Assembly: GCA_051362555.1 (NCBI GenBank)
Contig: CM120641.1
Location: 27,596,401-27,660,400 of the forward strand
Source of the DNA: Lingula anatina
Lineage: Eukaryota > Animalia > Brachiopoda
Length of the DNA stretch: 64,000 nucleotides
Direction of reading: 5' to 3'
The notes under the pieces are model-generated. The model was not told where the DNA came from, searched no databases, and saw only the letters and a list, made by a program, of their open reading frames with translations. The position numbers and the translations under genes were made by a program. Of this stretch, positions 38,301 through 51,600 are shown piece by piece. Every line of letters begins with the position of its first letter. Position 1 is the stretch's first letter.

Positions 38301-39320
38301 CGTCAAAGAAGCCCACCGAAGTTGGATCCTTTAGAAGGAAAACAGCTTGTAGAACCATTTCACAGACCAGAGAGAAATACGAACAGTGCTCCGGAACTGA
38401 GTAATAAATCTAAATCAGACGGCGATCTACATACACGACTGTTCTCGAAATCTGTAGACGAGGCAAAACTTGTTAATTTGCAAAAACTTTTGAAACCGTC
38501 GCAAAGTATACCTAATTTAGAAAGACGAATTTTACCCTCTCGACACCAGACGAATAAACAATCACAGGCACACAAAGATAAAATGGATTTAACTGTCCAC
38601 CCAGAAGCTCCACATGGACCTATCTATAAGAAAGATGCTCAAACCGGACTGTTTAAGCGCGTCGGGGCGAGAGCGGTTTCTCGCCAGCCGAAAGCACATT
38701 TGGAGCTGGCTCCAACAGCTCATAGCTACGACCGAGTCACCGATGTTATCGATGCGGTGCGCCAAGCCCAAGAGGAGTACCACGTCAGAGGGCAATTTTA
38801 CGTCCCCTCCACCACGCCTGAATCCGACTTTCAGCCAACGGAGGACCCCTATCGAGACTGCGTGGATTCGGATTGGACAGCGTTTTCTTCCAGCGGCGGT
38901 TCGCATAGACTGGTAAAATACCCGAATGAAGAAGAAACCTCAAGAGGGGTGTCAAGAAAGGGGAACAAAAGATCAGAAACGGAACTCAACAGAGACAGAA
39001 CACTAGAGGCAAAAATGAAAGCGATGTCACGGTCGCACGAAATCGTAGCCAGTTACACCGAGTTTCCGCGTATTTCCCCAGAAAAGAAAAGCTTGATCGT
39101 GGAGATGCCGAACATCGTTTTCCAACCGGCAACACCGGACCTGTACTCCGTGTACAATGATCTTCCACAGTCCAGCCAATCTCTAAAGAAGGCCTACCGC
39201 CAGCAACAGCTTCGCGAGAGGGAAGTGAGTAACCTTTTAGAAGACGTTCAGGAGCTGAATCAAATAACCGAGGAACTGCAGACCAAGGTGCTAGAAAGGC
39301 AGGCGAGCAAACTTGAATAA
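35400..39320 (+). CDS. Uncharacterised ~501-aa protein (N- and C-terminal coiled-coil-like segments, low-complexity middle)
   Basis: The 446-aa ORF 37980-39320 has coding-like composition and follows a strong acceptor at 37978. Phase-consistent upstream exons 35400-35424, 35532-35631 and 37747-37785 give MDAITKLTEILQKMAGIRAHHHKGCFPRSEADGFGNAALLLRSERIAKLYAMTKG|MMEKAG... AATAAA occurs at ~39343 and ~39852. The upstream exons are less certain than the last exon. Confidence 0.75.
37791..37991 (+). repeat. Exact 100-bp tandem duplication spanning a splice acceptor and ATG ATG
   Basis: GGTAAGGTATTGG...TTTTACAGAATGATGGAAAAG occurs at 37791-37891 and again at 37891-37991. Confidence 0.95.
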
Positions 39321-40690
39321 TAATAATAATGGTCTGCACCACAATAAAGGCGATTAGTTATTCCATTTACTTAACCAGTCTTATTGTGAATTGATTTTTT
39401 TTCCGATGTAAGCCGTCCAGTTTTATTGATTATCAATAGGGTCCATTCCCATGAGTAAATATCAGGTCGTTCTCCGTTGCTCAATCGTTACAGGTTAGAC
39501 TTACCGATAAATGAGAATGTGTTTCTTCGAAAGTTCTTCTGTCACGAATCTGTTGATGAATGTCAAATTCTGAACTTCTGTCGATTACAGACGTCGAGGT
39601 CGTGGCTTATGTTAGGAATTGGCGTCGGTTATTTGTTTTTGATTGGAAATTTTATCAGAAAGAAACCATGTTAATTTGATTGATATTTGTTTAAGCGTAT
39701 GTGTTTATGAGCTCAGTTTTAGGTAAAAATGTTCAAAATGGTGCTAAAGTAACTTCAAGTTGTATACATGTGATACACCTATATTTTAATTGCCCTTTCT
39801 TTTATGCGCTACGTGAAATGAGAGGTTTATGTAAATGTTGTTTCCAGTGCCAATAAATACTGAAAATTTTGGGTCTTTTTCTTTGTGCCACTTGAAAAGT
39901 AATATATTATAAAATAGTATATATGTTGCAACAGAACAGCAGTCTTAATGAGAAAATTGAATCGCACCTTTCATCTTTGATGAGGTTCTTGAAACAAAAA
40001 CAGATCATCGTCAGTGGTAAGAGTATTTATTCCTTATTTCAACAAAATAATTTACTTATAGGAAACATAAAGGACATGATAAATATTCCACTGAACTACG
40101 ATGTTTGTATGTACATGTTGCTTGAATTCTAACTCTCAACTGAAGAAGCTTAAAAGTATATTGCCTACATACTGCACATAACAGACAATTAATATTGAAG
40201 TCGCATTTTATAAAAGGCATGAATGAGGTTCATGTATCGTAATAGGGAGTAGAGAAGAAACTAAGTAAATCAGCAAACTGTCCTTGATTAATAGCCTTAT
40301 CGTTTATCACACTTATTTAAAATGTGCACGTGACGTAAACAATTAACAACATTTAGGAACACCGAATTTTTTGTACAAAATCTTACAATTCCTGGAAAAT
40401 TTATTCCTTACCATATATATTACCAGAGCATTTTGTGATCATTATTATGACTATAAAATTATTACCATTTCAGTGCTTCAGTAACAACATCGTTCCAGAT
40501 AAACATTAAAAACACTGGAGTCAAAATTGTCCGCGACGCCCGTTCGCCGAAAAAAAAAATAGCCTGAGCTAAAATGTGTTGGTTGATCCATCTCAACTAA
40601 CACAATGTCTTCCTTGCTGAATTCTGCTTGCTGCAACTCGTCCGTGTTGTGCTTTTTAATTAAATTCAGGATGAAATATCTCTATTCGTT

Positions 40691-43600
40691 TTAGTTTGAT
40701 GGATGGAGCTCCACTTCGTCTAGTCTCTGTGGTGAAAACATGCCAGATCCGCTTCTCATTTTAAAGACCAACACAACCACGGCTAGAGTTAAAAAGATCC
40801 CGAGCACGAACAATCCGATGGCAAGACCCGTGGCTTGACCTGGGAGAATAAAAAACAGCATGAAACCTTAGAGTGTATTTTATGGAAAAAGAGACATTAG
40901 TTATTCATTCATTCTTGTGGCATAAAAGTGCTAAATCACTGAAAAAACACACCTTTATATTTCCTTTGTCTGACACCACTTTTAAGATGACTTTTATAAC
41001 CATAAAATCAGATCCAAATTACATGTCAATTTCGATCATTCCAAAGCATGGCAACTCGTTGGCCATCCATATGATAATTATCACTAAATGATTCAAAATT
41101 ATATATATATACCATATATATATATATATTGGTCCCTAAGATGCCTAATGGAGTTATTAGTATGTGCTTCTTTTACCATAACCGTATAAATAACTAAAAT
41201 ACCTGTAGTCAAGCCTTGTTGCACTACTGGACTCGCTGTTGCTGCCCGTTCATTCTCCTTTATTGAGTAAGGCTTAGCATACAGACTAAAGGCCTATAAT
41301 GGTGTAAATAGATGTAAACTTAATTTGTTACTTGGCTAACAATTTTTCATACTTCTGTACAATTATTCTGGTGATTAATTACCAATAAAACTATCCTGAA
41401 AGGATATTTCAGCTGCATTTTTATGAAGTCACTTGTATGAATAAACTCAGAACAGAAAATCAATATATTTCATACTTCACATCACATACAATTGACAAAA
41501 TATTCCATGACCAAATTCAAGAAGAATATACATATGACTCAGATTAAAAAATAATTAGTCAGAAAACTGAAAATGTAAGAAACTAAACTTACATTTGTGG
41601 AGTTCAGCAGCAGAATTGAGAAATTCCCTTTGTTGATGGCCAGTGTGAATATTTCTGCTGCCACATCCAGGTCGACTTCTGGTTTTTTCATTGGAACATC
41701 TCCAGTGATTGGGGCCTTGTCCAGCATGGTAAAATACACCAGGACCCCCTCTTTGGTATCATAATCCACCTACACAACAGCAAAGAAAGCATGCTGTAAT
41801 AAGATTTTTTTTCTTTTTGACTATTGGCAGATTTTCGATTTTTTTGCAATGATAATTAGAAGATACACATTCCTATCCTTTTTATGCTCACCACAATGTT
41901 AGTGACTCTAATACTTGATATCCCACACTGTCCTGCCACTCCTAGCATTACTGCATATTTGAACACCTTGATTCCAACTGCCTCTACCAAAGGTTTGCCC
42001 TCCCCTATAATGGCATACAGACAGTAAGTAAGATAAGTAAAAAGGAAGAAAGTCAGCAAATATAATAAAAGAATGAAAAGGCATCAGCAACTGTGTCAGC
42101 TTTTGATATTATGTTACTTCTATTGGTAAAAAAAAAGCAATTTAAGATGGTATGTTTTAGAATTTTAAATTCTAATCTTTAAATTGTACACAACACTCAG
42201 AGAAGAGCACAGAGCACCATTTTTTTAAACCTTAATTATTTTCATCATTATTATTGCTTGACAGAGTTCTGTAAGTTATCTCATGTAAGACATAGAGAAA
42301 CCCATTCACAAAGTTTTGACGTTCTCTGGCATACCTGGCAATTCAAATTGGAAATGCCTTCTTCTTGTTGAATAGCACTGACTTATATCAAACTCCATTA
42401 AAGAAGGTTCATCTTCATTAAAGTTGATTATGTTATAAATGTAGTGAAGATTCAACTGAAGGAGGAAAATTGATAGAATTAGGCATTTTGTTAGTAAAAT
42501 GCACATATTCAAATTCAAATTGTTTTCATATAGTTTTAAGCATATAATATTTATATAACTGTGCGAGAAAGAAAAATTTTACAAAAATCTTTTCGAAAAT
42601 AAAAATTCATCCAAATCAAAATTAATTGTTTGTAATTTGCTTAGCTTCACGTAGCAAAAAATAAATAAATAAACAAATAAATAAATAAATAATTCAGATA
42701 ATCAAATTATTTTATGCCCCAATTTTTTCTACATATTCCAATGTTTAACAAACATAACCCTTACTTCAGGGAGCTTGATCTCTATCATGACAGGTTCTCC
42801 TCCCTCATCCAGACGCCCACTGTACTGGGTCCACTCCGGCTGGAAGCAGAAGGGATTTATTAAACAGACATTTATTTCATGATTTTAAAACAATCGCCTT
42901 TTCCTGACTGACTTCCGTTATTCCAGCATCTTGTATTTAATATTTCTCAGTTGAAGTAAACATCTTAGAGACCATTCCCACAGATATTTAGATCGAATTA
43001 TCCCCCTGGGGAGTCTCACTAGATTGCTATCAGCTTAACCAGCTTAAATGTCTGTCCTGCCTACTAAAAGCTGTGAGGGGGTAATTAATTTTTGTGCACG
43101 CATGGCTCCCGTAAGCTGACCACAATTTAGCATGAACCCCCAGGGAGTTAGGTCAATCCAGATGGATCAATCTAAATCTGTGGGAACCCAGTCTTATACT
43201 TGATGTAGCGAAATCAAACTGCTCCAAACAAAACCTATGTTTCATCATGCAGCATGAAAAAATACAAGCATAGGAACATCCGTTCCAACTGTATCATATA
43301 AGCATCCTTTGATGTACAAAAGGCAAATTATATATTAAATCTCATACTGGACACTCATGTAGATGTTATGTAGAGACTCCAACATTTTGTCCTTTATCAC
43401 AAGGACATCTTACAGTTGTCCAGTATGAGATTTAATATTTTTGCCTTTTAACATATCTCAACAGTATGAATCATAATTTACATTTTGACATCCTGTGCTG
43501 TTGTTACAACTATTAGGTATCCATTCTTTGCATGTTACTGGAATCCACTTTTAAGTATTAAAATATATTATTATGAAGCATGTCTACAAAGCATCTAAAA

Positions 43601-45634
43601 ATCCTTCAAAACTAGGAGATATACACATGAAACGTTAAACAGCCTGTCTCTGTTTATAACTGATCTTGTACTATACTGGTAATACTCACACTTTGGAAGG
43701 ACCACTCCCATATAGAGGTACAATCAGGACATATGGGAGGCCAGTTGGTGCGCTTGGCTGCATACACATCCACAACCATATTACGTACTTTACGCTGAAA
43801 TTCATCACGTGAGATTACATAAAGAATAAGAATCCCATTGGTCGAGTTTAAAGGGTTAACAACTCTTCATTTTTGGGAGAAAAAGTACCATAAAATATAT
43901 TTCCTGGGGTAAATGATGATGCTATCATACCTACCAATGGTAAATTGTACGTATGCAAAAATATCATTTTCATAAATTTTAATCTTTTTTGAAGTTATTG
44001 TAGTTTTCAACACTTCATTTCTAAGTACCAGCAGTCTCACTAAAAACTTTTGTCCTCTTACCTTTCCTTGGTAGTTATATGTTATGACATTTTTGTCATA
44101 GTCGAAGAACTCCAGTGCAGTCCTAAGCCTTACAGTAGATGCACTCGCATTCACAGAATCGAAAGATGTGGAAGAGATAGGACGAACGGAACAGTTCCCT
44201 TTGATGGTATCTGTGATGTACCGTACACCTGAAATCATGAAATTCAATGTTTATATTGATCTTTATTATGTATTTCACCGTTTTACAGTGACTCTCAAAA
44301 TTCTCCCCAAAAAAGATTGAACAAGAATACTATATGTACTGTTGTGATGAATTAGTAGTTGATGTAGAAAAATGTAAAAATGCATAGTAGTTCGGATTGG
44401 AGATAAAAGTTGCAAATCAAGTTACGTAAGAACATCTTTGTTAAAAACACTATGGTAGTTAAACTATTACGTCTCTCTCTCTCTCTCTTTTTTTCCCTTT
44501 TTATTTCTCTCCCTCTCTCTCTCTCTCTTCTCTCTCTGTAAAGGTGTGTGTGTGTGTGCGTGTGTGTGTGTGTGTGGGTGGGTGGGCAAACTATGTATAA
44601 AAATTACATTTACCAGTATTAAAGTCATGGACCTCTGATAGTGGATTGTTACCAAAGGGATTCCCATCACCAGGGAGAGCGCGGTAGTCGTAACGCACCA
44701 AACGGGCACCATAGTCATAAGCTTGCTGAAATGAAAACATTTTCAATTATATCAAATCTAGAACTAAGTCTTATATTGCAATTTAGCATTAAAGAAAAAT
44801 CACTGCCAATGCAATTAATACTTGTATATAACTATGGAATTAATCAAAACAACTGAAGTTTTCTCGAACATTTTAGATATTAATTATCCCTACCAATATG
44901 CTATGTATTAGGCTCATAAATGGAATCTGTTTGAAGAATACAAGTTAGTTTTTTTTCTAATTATTTGTGATTCCTGTTAGAAAATACATTTTAGCACGTG
45001 ACACATGAAATCCATGCAACTCACAAAACAAGCAGCATCACACAGAAATATAATAAACACGTGGCATTAAATGCAATAATATGTAGGAAATAATTTTACA
45101 GATCATCTCTGTTTATGTGCACTTTTAGCCACTGTTATCAGTTACTAGTACTTACGTAAAGAAAACTTGTAGTATTTGACTCTGGAGCAACCACCTCTGA
45201 TGTGAAACTAAAGTAGTTTGGCAGTGGTGGAAACTGCTTGTTGTTCACTCTTCCTGGACAAATTGTTCCCTTGGGTACCTAGAAAGAGAGAGGTGTACAT
45301 TGAATTTTCATTAAATCCCTAATTCTTACTGCACATGAATTAATAAAATGTCTGAAACTGATTAACCCCAGAGATAAATGAAACTTAAGGCACTATTCCT
45401 AGACAAATTGTTTCCTTGGGTACCTAAAGAGAGAGTGGTGTACATTTTTTCACTAAATCCCTAATTGTTACTGTTAGTACATGAATTGATAAAACGCCTG
45501 AAACTGATTAGCCCCAAAGACAACCAAAACTTAAAGCACTCCAACTTTCAGATTGACACTCAGCCATAACAAGCACTTCATCATTATATATTATATATAT
45601 TTTGGATGTGTAGGCACACACACTCACACTCTCA

Positions 45635-45668
<34 letters not shown>

Positions 45669-48600
45669 AACACGCATGCACGCACGCACGCACGCACGCA
45701 CACACACTAGCAGGCAATCTCAAACACCCTGCTCCAGTCAGTTACATGTACCTGGAATGGCTCATCCCCAAACGGGAAGTCTGTCGCCGGCTTAAAGTTG
45801 GAGAAGTCGTATGTGTGTTCAAAGTAGCGTGGTGTGGGTCCACTCTGATCTGATCCTTGCATATACAGACGTACTGGTACGGCAGGGCCTAGAGGAGTTT
45901 GCCAGTTGGCAATGTCTGTAACACATGATATATGAATCCATTAACACTTGAAAAGTTAAATATCTACTGAAACTGTCTCTTAAAATAAATTTCTCCAAAA
46001 TATAATGTCTACAGTATCCATTACTTGACAACATATCAAATTTTCTTTCCATTTTTCATTATTTAGCAATATTCTAAAATCAACAAAAATTTACAGCCTT
46101 TACACAAATTTAATATTGGCACTGAAATATACGCACAAATTACATTTCTACATTCATACAGAGAAACATGATTCCAAATAAGAGAAATGCTTTAATTAGT
46201 ATCAAAAATATCTAAATCTGTCATTATTCTATCAAAAATAGATATATATGATACCTGCTGGATGTGGGCAGCATAGCCACATCAGAGGATACTAATTATA
46301 AATACACCCATATTTACATGCAGGGGTTTCCCCATGATTTGGGGCAGAGGGAATCCAAAATGTGAATCTGTAATTTGGTCATCAGTTTACAGGCAGTCCA
46401 ACCAAAGCAAACCCAACCACCCAACCCCGGAATTTCATAAGCTGAACAGCTGCCTTTGAAAACATAGACCATCTTTTGAGGCTTATGGCTGTCTTAATGT
46501 TGGCTGGCCCCGGTTTCACAAAAAAAAAAAAAAAAAAAAACTTAACTCAAGTTCCCCGGCTAAGAACTTAATTACAATGGTTACAAGGGCAAGTCTTACC
46601 CTATCAGGAGTAGTGTAACAGCACTCTCATGGAAATCCTAGTCAACTAAGCCAGTGAACTGACTTAAGTTTTTTTGTGAAACCAGGACCTGGGCCCCGTA
46701 ACTCGAAAGCATTGCGTATTGCAAATTGCGCATTGCGATATCACACTGATGCTACAATGTATCATATGGGGCGAGTATGGGCAAGTTATGGAATCGAGAC
46801 GCTTGTGCTCGGTCGCAATGCGCGATGCTTTCGAGTTACAGGGTCCTGGACGGCTCTCAGGCAAAAGCCTTGTTTACCTGAAAAGTACGCATCCACACTA
46901 AGAGTGTACTTGGAATAGGGGTTGTATGTGCACCCATACCAGTGATCCGTCTTCATTCCCCTCACCACAGTCTTCCCCATATACATCTCCTGCATATCTC
47001 CACCAAAGGCAAAGACTGCATAGGGGTTATTGATGTGTGCTTTGCCACTGGTGGTGTTATAACCAAACAGAAGCCTTGACTGGGACGTGCTGATTTTCTC
47101 AACCGAGCATAGGTTATCTGAAATGTTGGTGTTTAATAGATGTAAATAAGGAGAGAAAATTTACATGAATGTTTTCTCGGCTGAATATACATTATCTGAA
47201 AGATTTGAGTTTAAGAGACCATGGGATTTTGAAGAGAAATAATTTGCTGTACCTGACGTATGCTCTCTACTGACAACATTTTTAGTTGTTTTTTTAACTA
47301 GAATGTTCATGAAAATATTCATGAAAAAATATATGAAAATTATCAAATTTAATCAAATAATCGGACTCGTGTTTCTAAAAGATCTTCATCTCATGAAGTT
47401 ACTTAATAGTTTTTAAAAATATTGCTTTAGTATTATTTTACATGAAAAAATTATATTATACCAGACCATACATTGAGAACAAAAGACCCAAATGTGTTAT
47501 ATCTAAAGGGAAATCAAATTGACTGAATGACACATACATTTCCTTGAGCTGCTGGGGGGTGATTAACTTTCGCATGCATTTGGTAACACAAAACTAAGTG
47601 AAAAAGCTTCTATTCAGCAAGAGTCCCCATGGAGTTGGATCGATCTTTGTAGGATGAAAGTTTCATTGGGAATGTATCTTTACATGGATGTCACACATGA
47701 ACGCAAGTTACACTATGTCTTATGTTCAGACACACCATTATGTCAGCATGGGTCATGGTTCGCACGTGTGTACATATATAACATACACCATGGTGTACCT
47801 ATTACGTATTACAAATACACTGACCTTCTTTTGTGATTATTTCAATGATCTCATCATCTGCATAGTTGTAAATAAGCAGCAGCTTGTCATCGTACTCGTA
47901 CTCGGCCATGGCGGCTCTGTTGCCTTGGAAGTCATACCACACATCTACCTCTACCGTCTTGTTCTTGTTGAATAGATTGCATTGGACAGATGTGTAAAAT
48001 TTATCTGGCAGCACAGGCAATGATGGGCCTGAAAGTTTTGAAAATAATATAATATCAACTGTCATTTTATTTCTATATATTTCTTGAAGTACCACACTAC
48101 AGGACCTGGTGCATCTCAGTGCTTTTTGCAATAAGCTAAAATTATTTTTACTTTTTAAATTATTTTCACTTAAACACCTAAAAGTATATGCAATTTTAAC
48201 ATACCACAGTAAACCATTGTACTCCATCAAAGTGGAATTTTTAAAGTGAATTTTCAAGAAAGGTAAAATTTGGAAAAAATATGATGAAATGTAAACATAT
48301 GTCCAATAGTTCCTTGACCAACAATTCATTTCTTTTAAACTATCTGAACTGAACTGAATTTCTTAACCCCACTTTGGAAACTAATTTATGAAATAATACA
48401 CTGATTAAAGGCTTTATCAATTAAAAGAAATTCACTCTCTGTGACTTAAAACCAGCCAAACTTACCTGGTGTATTGTAAATTTTTGAAGGATCACAAACA
48501 CTAAGATCAGGACCTAAAAAATTGAAAAATGAAAGACTTACACAATCTGAATCTTCTTAAATATCTCTATTAATTTTTGACAAAACCATACAGAAAATCA

Positions 48601-51600
48601 AACATTTTAAATCAGTGCCTTTCTTCCCATACTCATAAATGCATGGTTATACCTGGCACAATTCCAAAATATTAAATAAATCTGTCAATAGATCCTGTAA
48701 CATGACTATATGGCTAAATATTTGTCAGTATGTTAAAGCATGAGTTAATGTCAATTTCCTCTATTAAGGATGAATTTGTAAAATATGGACATTCAGTGTT
48801 TAAAAGTGTAAAGTGCTTAAAAGTGTAGTGTTCTGCTGAACTCTTCTCATTCAGTGTGTCCTGACAGGTTTGGGAGGAGTGAAGTCAAGTTATCATCCAA
48901 TAACTCAACCCCCCCCCCCCAGGAGTAATGAATAAAATATATCCAATGTGCATGCCATATGTGCAGGTATTCTACAAAGGGAAGTGTGGCGTTGTTCAAC
49001 AATATTTTATGGCGACAACTATCTCTAGCGATTATTTGCACACATGTCCATTCTGTGCATGCTCAATTCCTGTTAGTGGGGCTGTCTCATTTTAGGTACA
49101 TGCTCCGACTTATATCACGGAGCATCATATCTGTGGGGGTTTGTAATAAAAGCAGCCTTGTTTGGCCAAATCTCAAACAACCAATATTCTGTGATGTCTT
49201 TTTTTTTTTTTTTTTTTGGATGAGATGGACTATGAAATCAATGTTTCTGGTAATCTGGGATGGAGAAGACATAGAGTAATTTTGGCCTCAGCATAAAATA
49301 TCGTTAATTTTAAATGCTCACTTTTACATTTGAATAGTGAACTCTAAGGAAACTTACCAGCAGTGGAGGGCTTGGAACCCTTGGCGTATCTAGGTATAAC
49401 AACCAACTTATCTTGTAAGGCAAACAGATTGAAGCTCTATAACAAAAAAAAGGGAAAATATTAAAACCACCTGTAAAATAATATAATATAATTATAATAA
49501 TAATAACATATTAATATATTTAAGATGGACTGTTTTTTCATAATATCCTTAAAAGAAGCATTTAACATCAAGGTCCATGATCAGATAAAACAATTATATA
49601 AGTACCATGGCTATATTCCTGATTCTATTTGTTCAGCATCATTAGTGTAATAAACTGTTTATGTCCATAAAGTCATTATTATCTTATGTTTATTTGCTTT
49701 CCTATCTTTTAGGTATTCACAGTATAATTTTAACTTCATTTAACTTCATTCAGGACAGGTTGTACTGCTGTATGGAATAAAAAGTTAGGACATTATTTCA
49801 TCAGGGGCTAATTTCCTTTTATTTCTATAGACAACTGCATTGCTTTATCTGTGGAAAGAAGTTGTCAAAGGATACGAACCCAAAGTATGGACCATTATGA
49901 TTTGATCTTTTCAATGGCCAAAAATTATCAAACTTTCTGATTCATATTTTTATAATCACAAAATTATATTTCTATTTAGCATTTGTGGTGCTTGTACTGC
50001 ATAAAATAGTACTTTAGGATAGCCTGCTTTTTGATTACCATTCAAGAGGAATGTAAATTTAAGAGACTATGCCTTAAAAATAAAGTATCTGTAAAATTCA
50101 CATTTTTTCTCCATTGAAAAGATAGTAGTAATTACCATTATTGACTTACATTGGCCACAGTGTCGATGTCCACTGGAACAAAGAACTGCCCTTTGGCCAC
50201 TGCTTGGACTATGTTCTGTACAGCTACGTCCAGTTCTACTTCATCAACGGTCATCTTCACATCACCCTTTATGGGAGCCTTGTCCAGTAGAGTGAAGGTG
50301 GCCACTATAGTTTTGTAGTTGTAGTGGACCTAAGTAGGACAGTATAATGTAAGATTAAAGGGCAGTTCATGTCTCCTCGTTCACACTCCAAATTATAAAT
50401 ATGACTAGGACTAACACAAATAAGATGTTCAAAATTTGGCCAATCACAGCCACATTTATTGTAAGGTCCCTCTAATTAAAAAATGACATAACTTAGTAGA
50501 TAACATCGATTAATGTTGAGTTATAACATTTAAGTAATGCTTAGACCTGAAAATTTGCATTTTAATATATAATTTCTAAACAAAAGTGCGTATATTTCAA
50601 TTTATGGGGTTGTAAAAGGGGGAGTTACATTTAAACACACTCAGTCTCTGTAGCTTCAGTAGAAATTCCCCTCAAAAATAAAATTCAAGCACAAGCCCAT
50701 GGGTCTTCAGCAGCTAAGGAAACTGAGGGGATGTCTAGTGCTGACTATAGAGTTAAAACTGTTTCACATTACCATCTTCACAATGAGCTTATCATTGTAC
50801 AGTAGAGTTGACGTAATTCTTTTAGAGTCCTGACACTTCAAAACATACATATGTAATGTAAAATTGGGGAATGCTGACAAAACATGAATAAATCTAAAGC
50901 ACCAAAATGTTTTTATATCAGACACAGATGCCGTACCCACATATTGATTAATAACATACAAAACATATATATCCACTGGTATGCACTTTTTTTGTGGAAT
51001 TTATACATCATGGCCCTCACAAAGAATTCATCTGACCTCAAAAACAACAAACTAAAATATCTAGAATAATACGTAAAACCTTAAATCATCTTGCTAGTAG
51101 GCATATTAGATATTACCCTTTAAAATGGTCATTGCAGTAGAACAAATAGGTTCAAATGCACTATCATCTAAAAGAAATATATATTACCTCCAAATTGTTT
51201 ATTCTGAGTGGTGAGACCACAGCAAACCCTTGGATGGTGAGCAAAAGGGCATATTTGAAGTTTATCAGGTTGGAACCATAGACAAGGGTCTTGTAATCAC
51301 CTGGAGTAAGAAAAAACAATATATTCAGTTTTTGTTATCCTTTTTCTACAAATATAATAATATTATTAGTAGATAATAATTTTATCTACCATTTTAATGT
51401 TAAAACTGGGCCATGTGGAGAAATGGGTTGATTTGATTCAAGCTGTTCATATGCAAAACTGTGTCCTAAAACCAGTGGTTGACCAGTGAGTTTTTTGCAA
51501 CCAATCTATCAAATCTACCACCAAATCAATGGTAAACTGGCAATTAATAATGAAAAATACTTATCTATATAAATCATCTTTCATGGTAAAACTGAAATAT

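Noticed and set aside
38360-39342. Several antisense or alternate-frame ORFs (71-118 aa)
   Set aside because: These are shadow ORFs of the GC-richer 446-aa coding exon.
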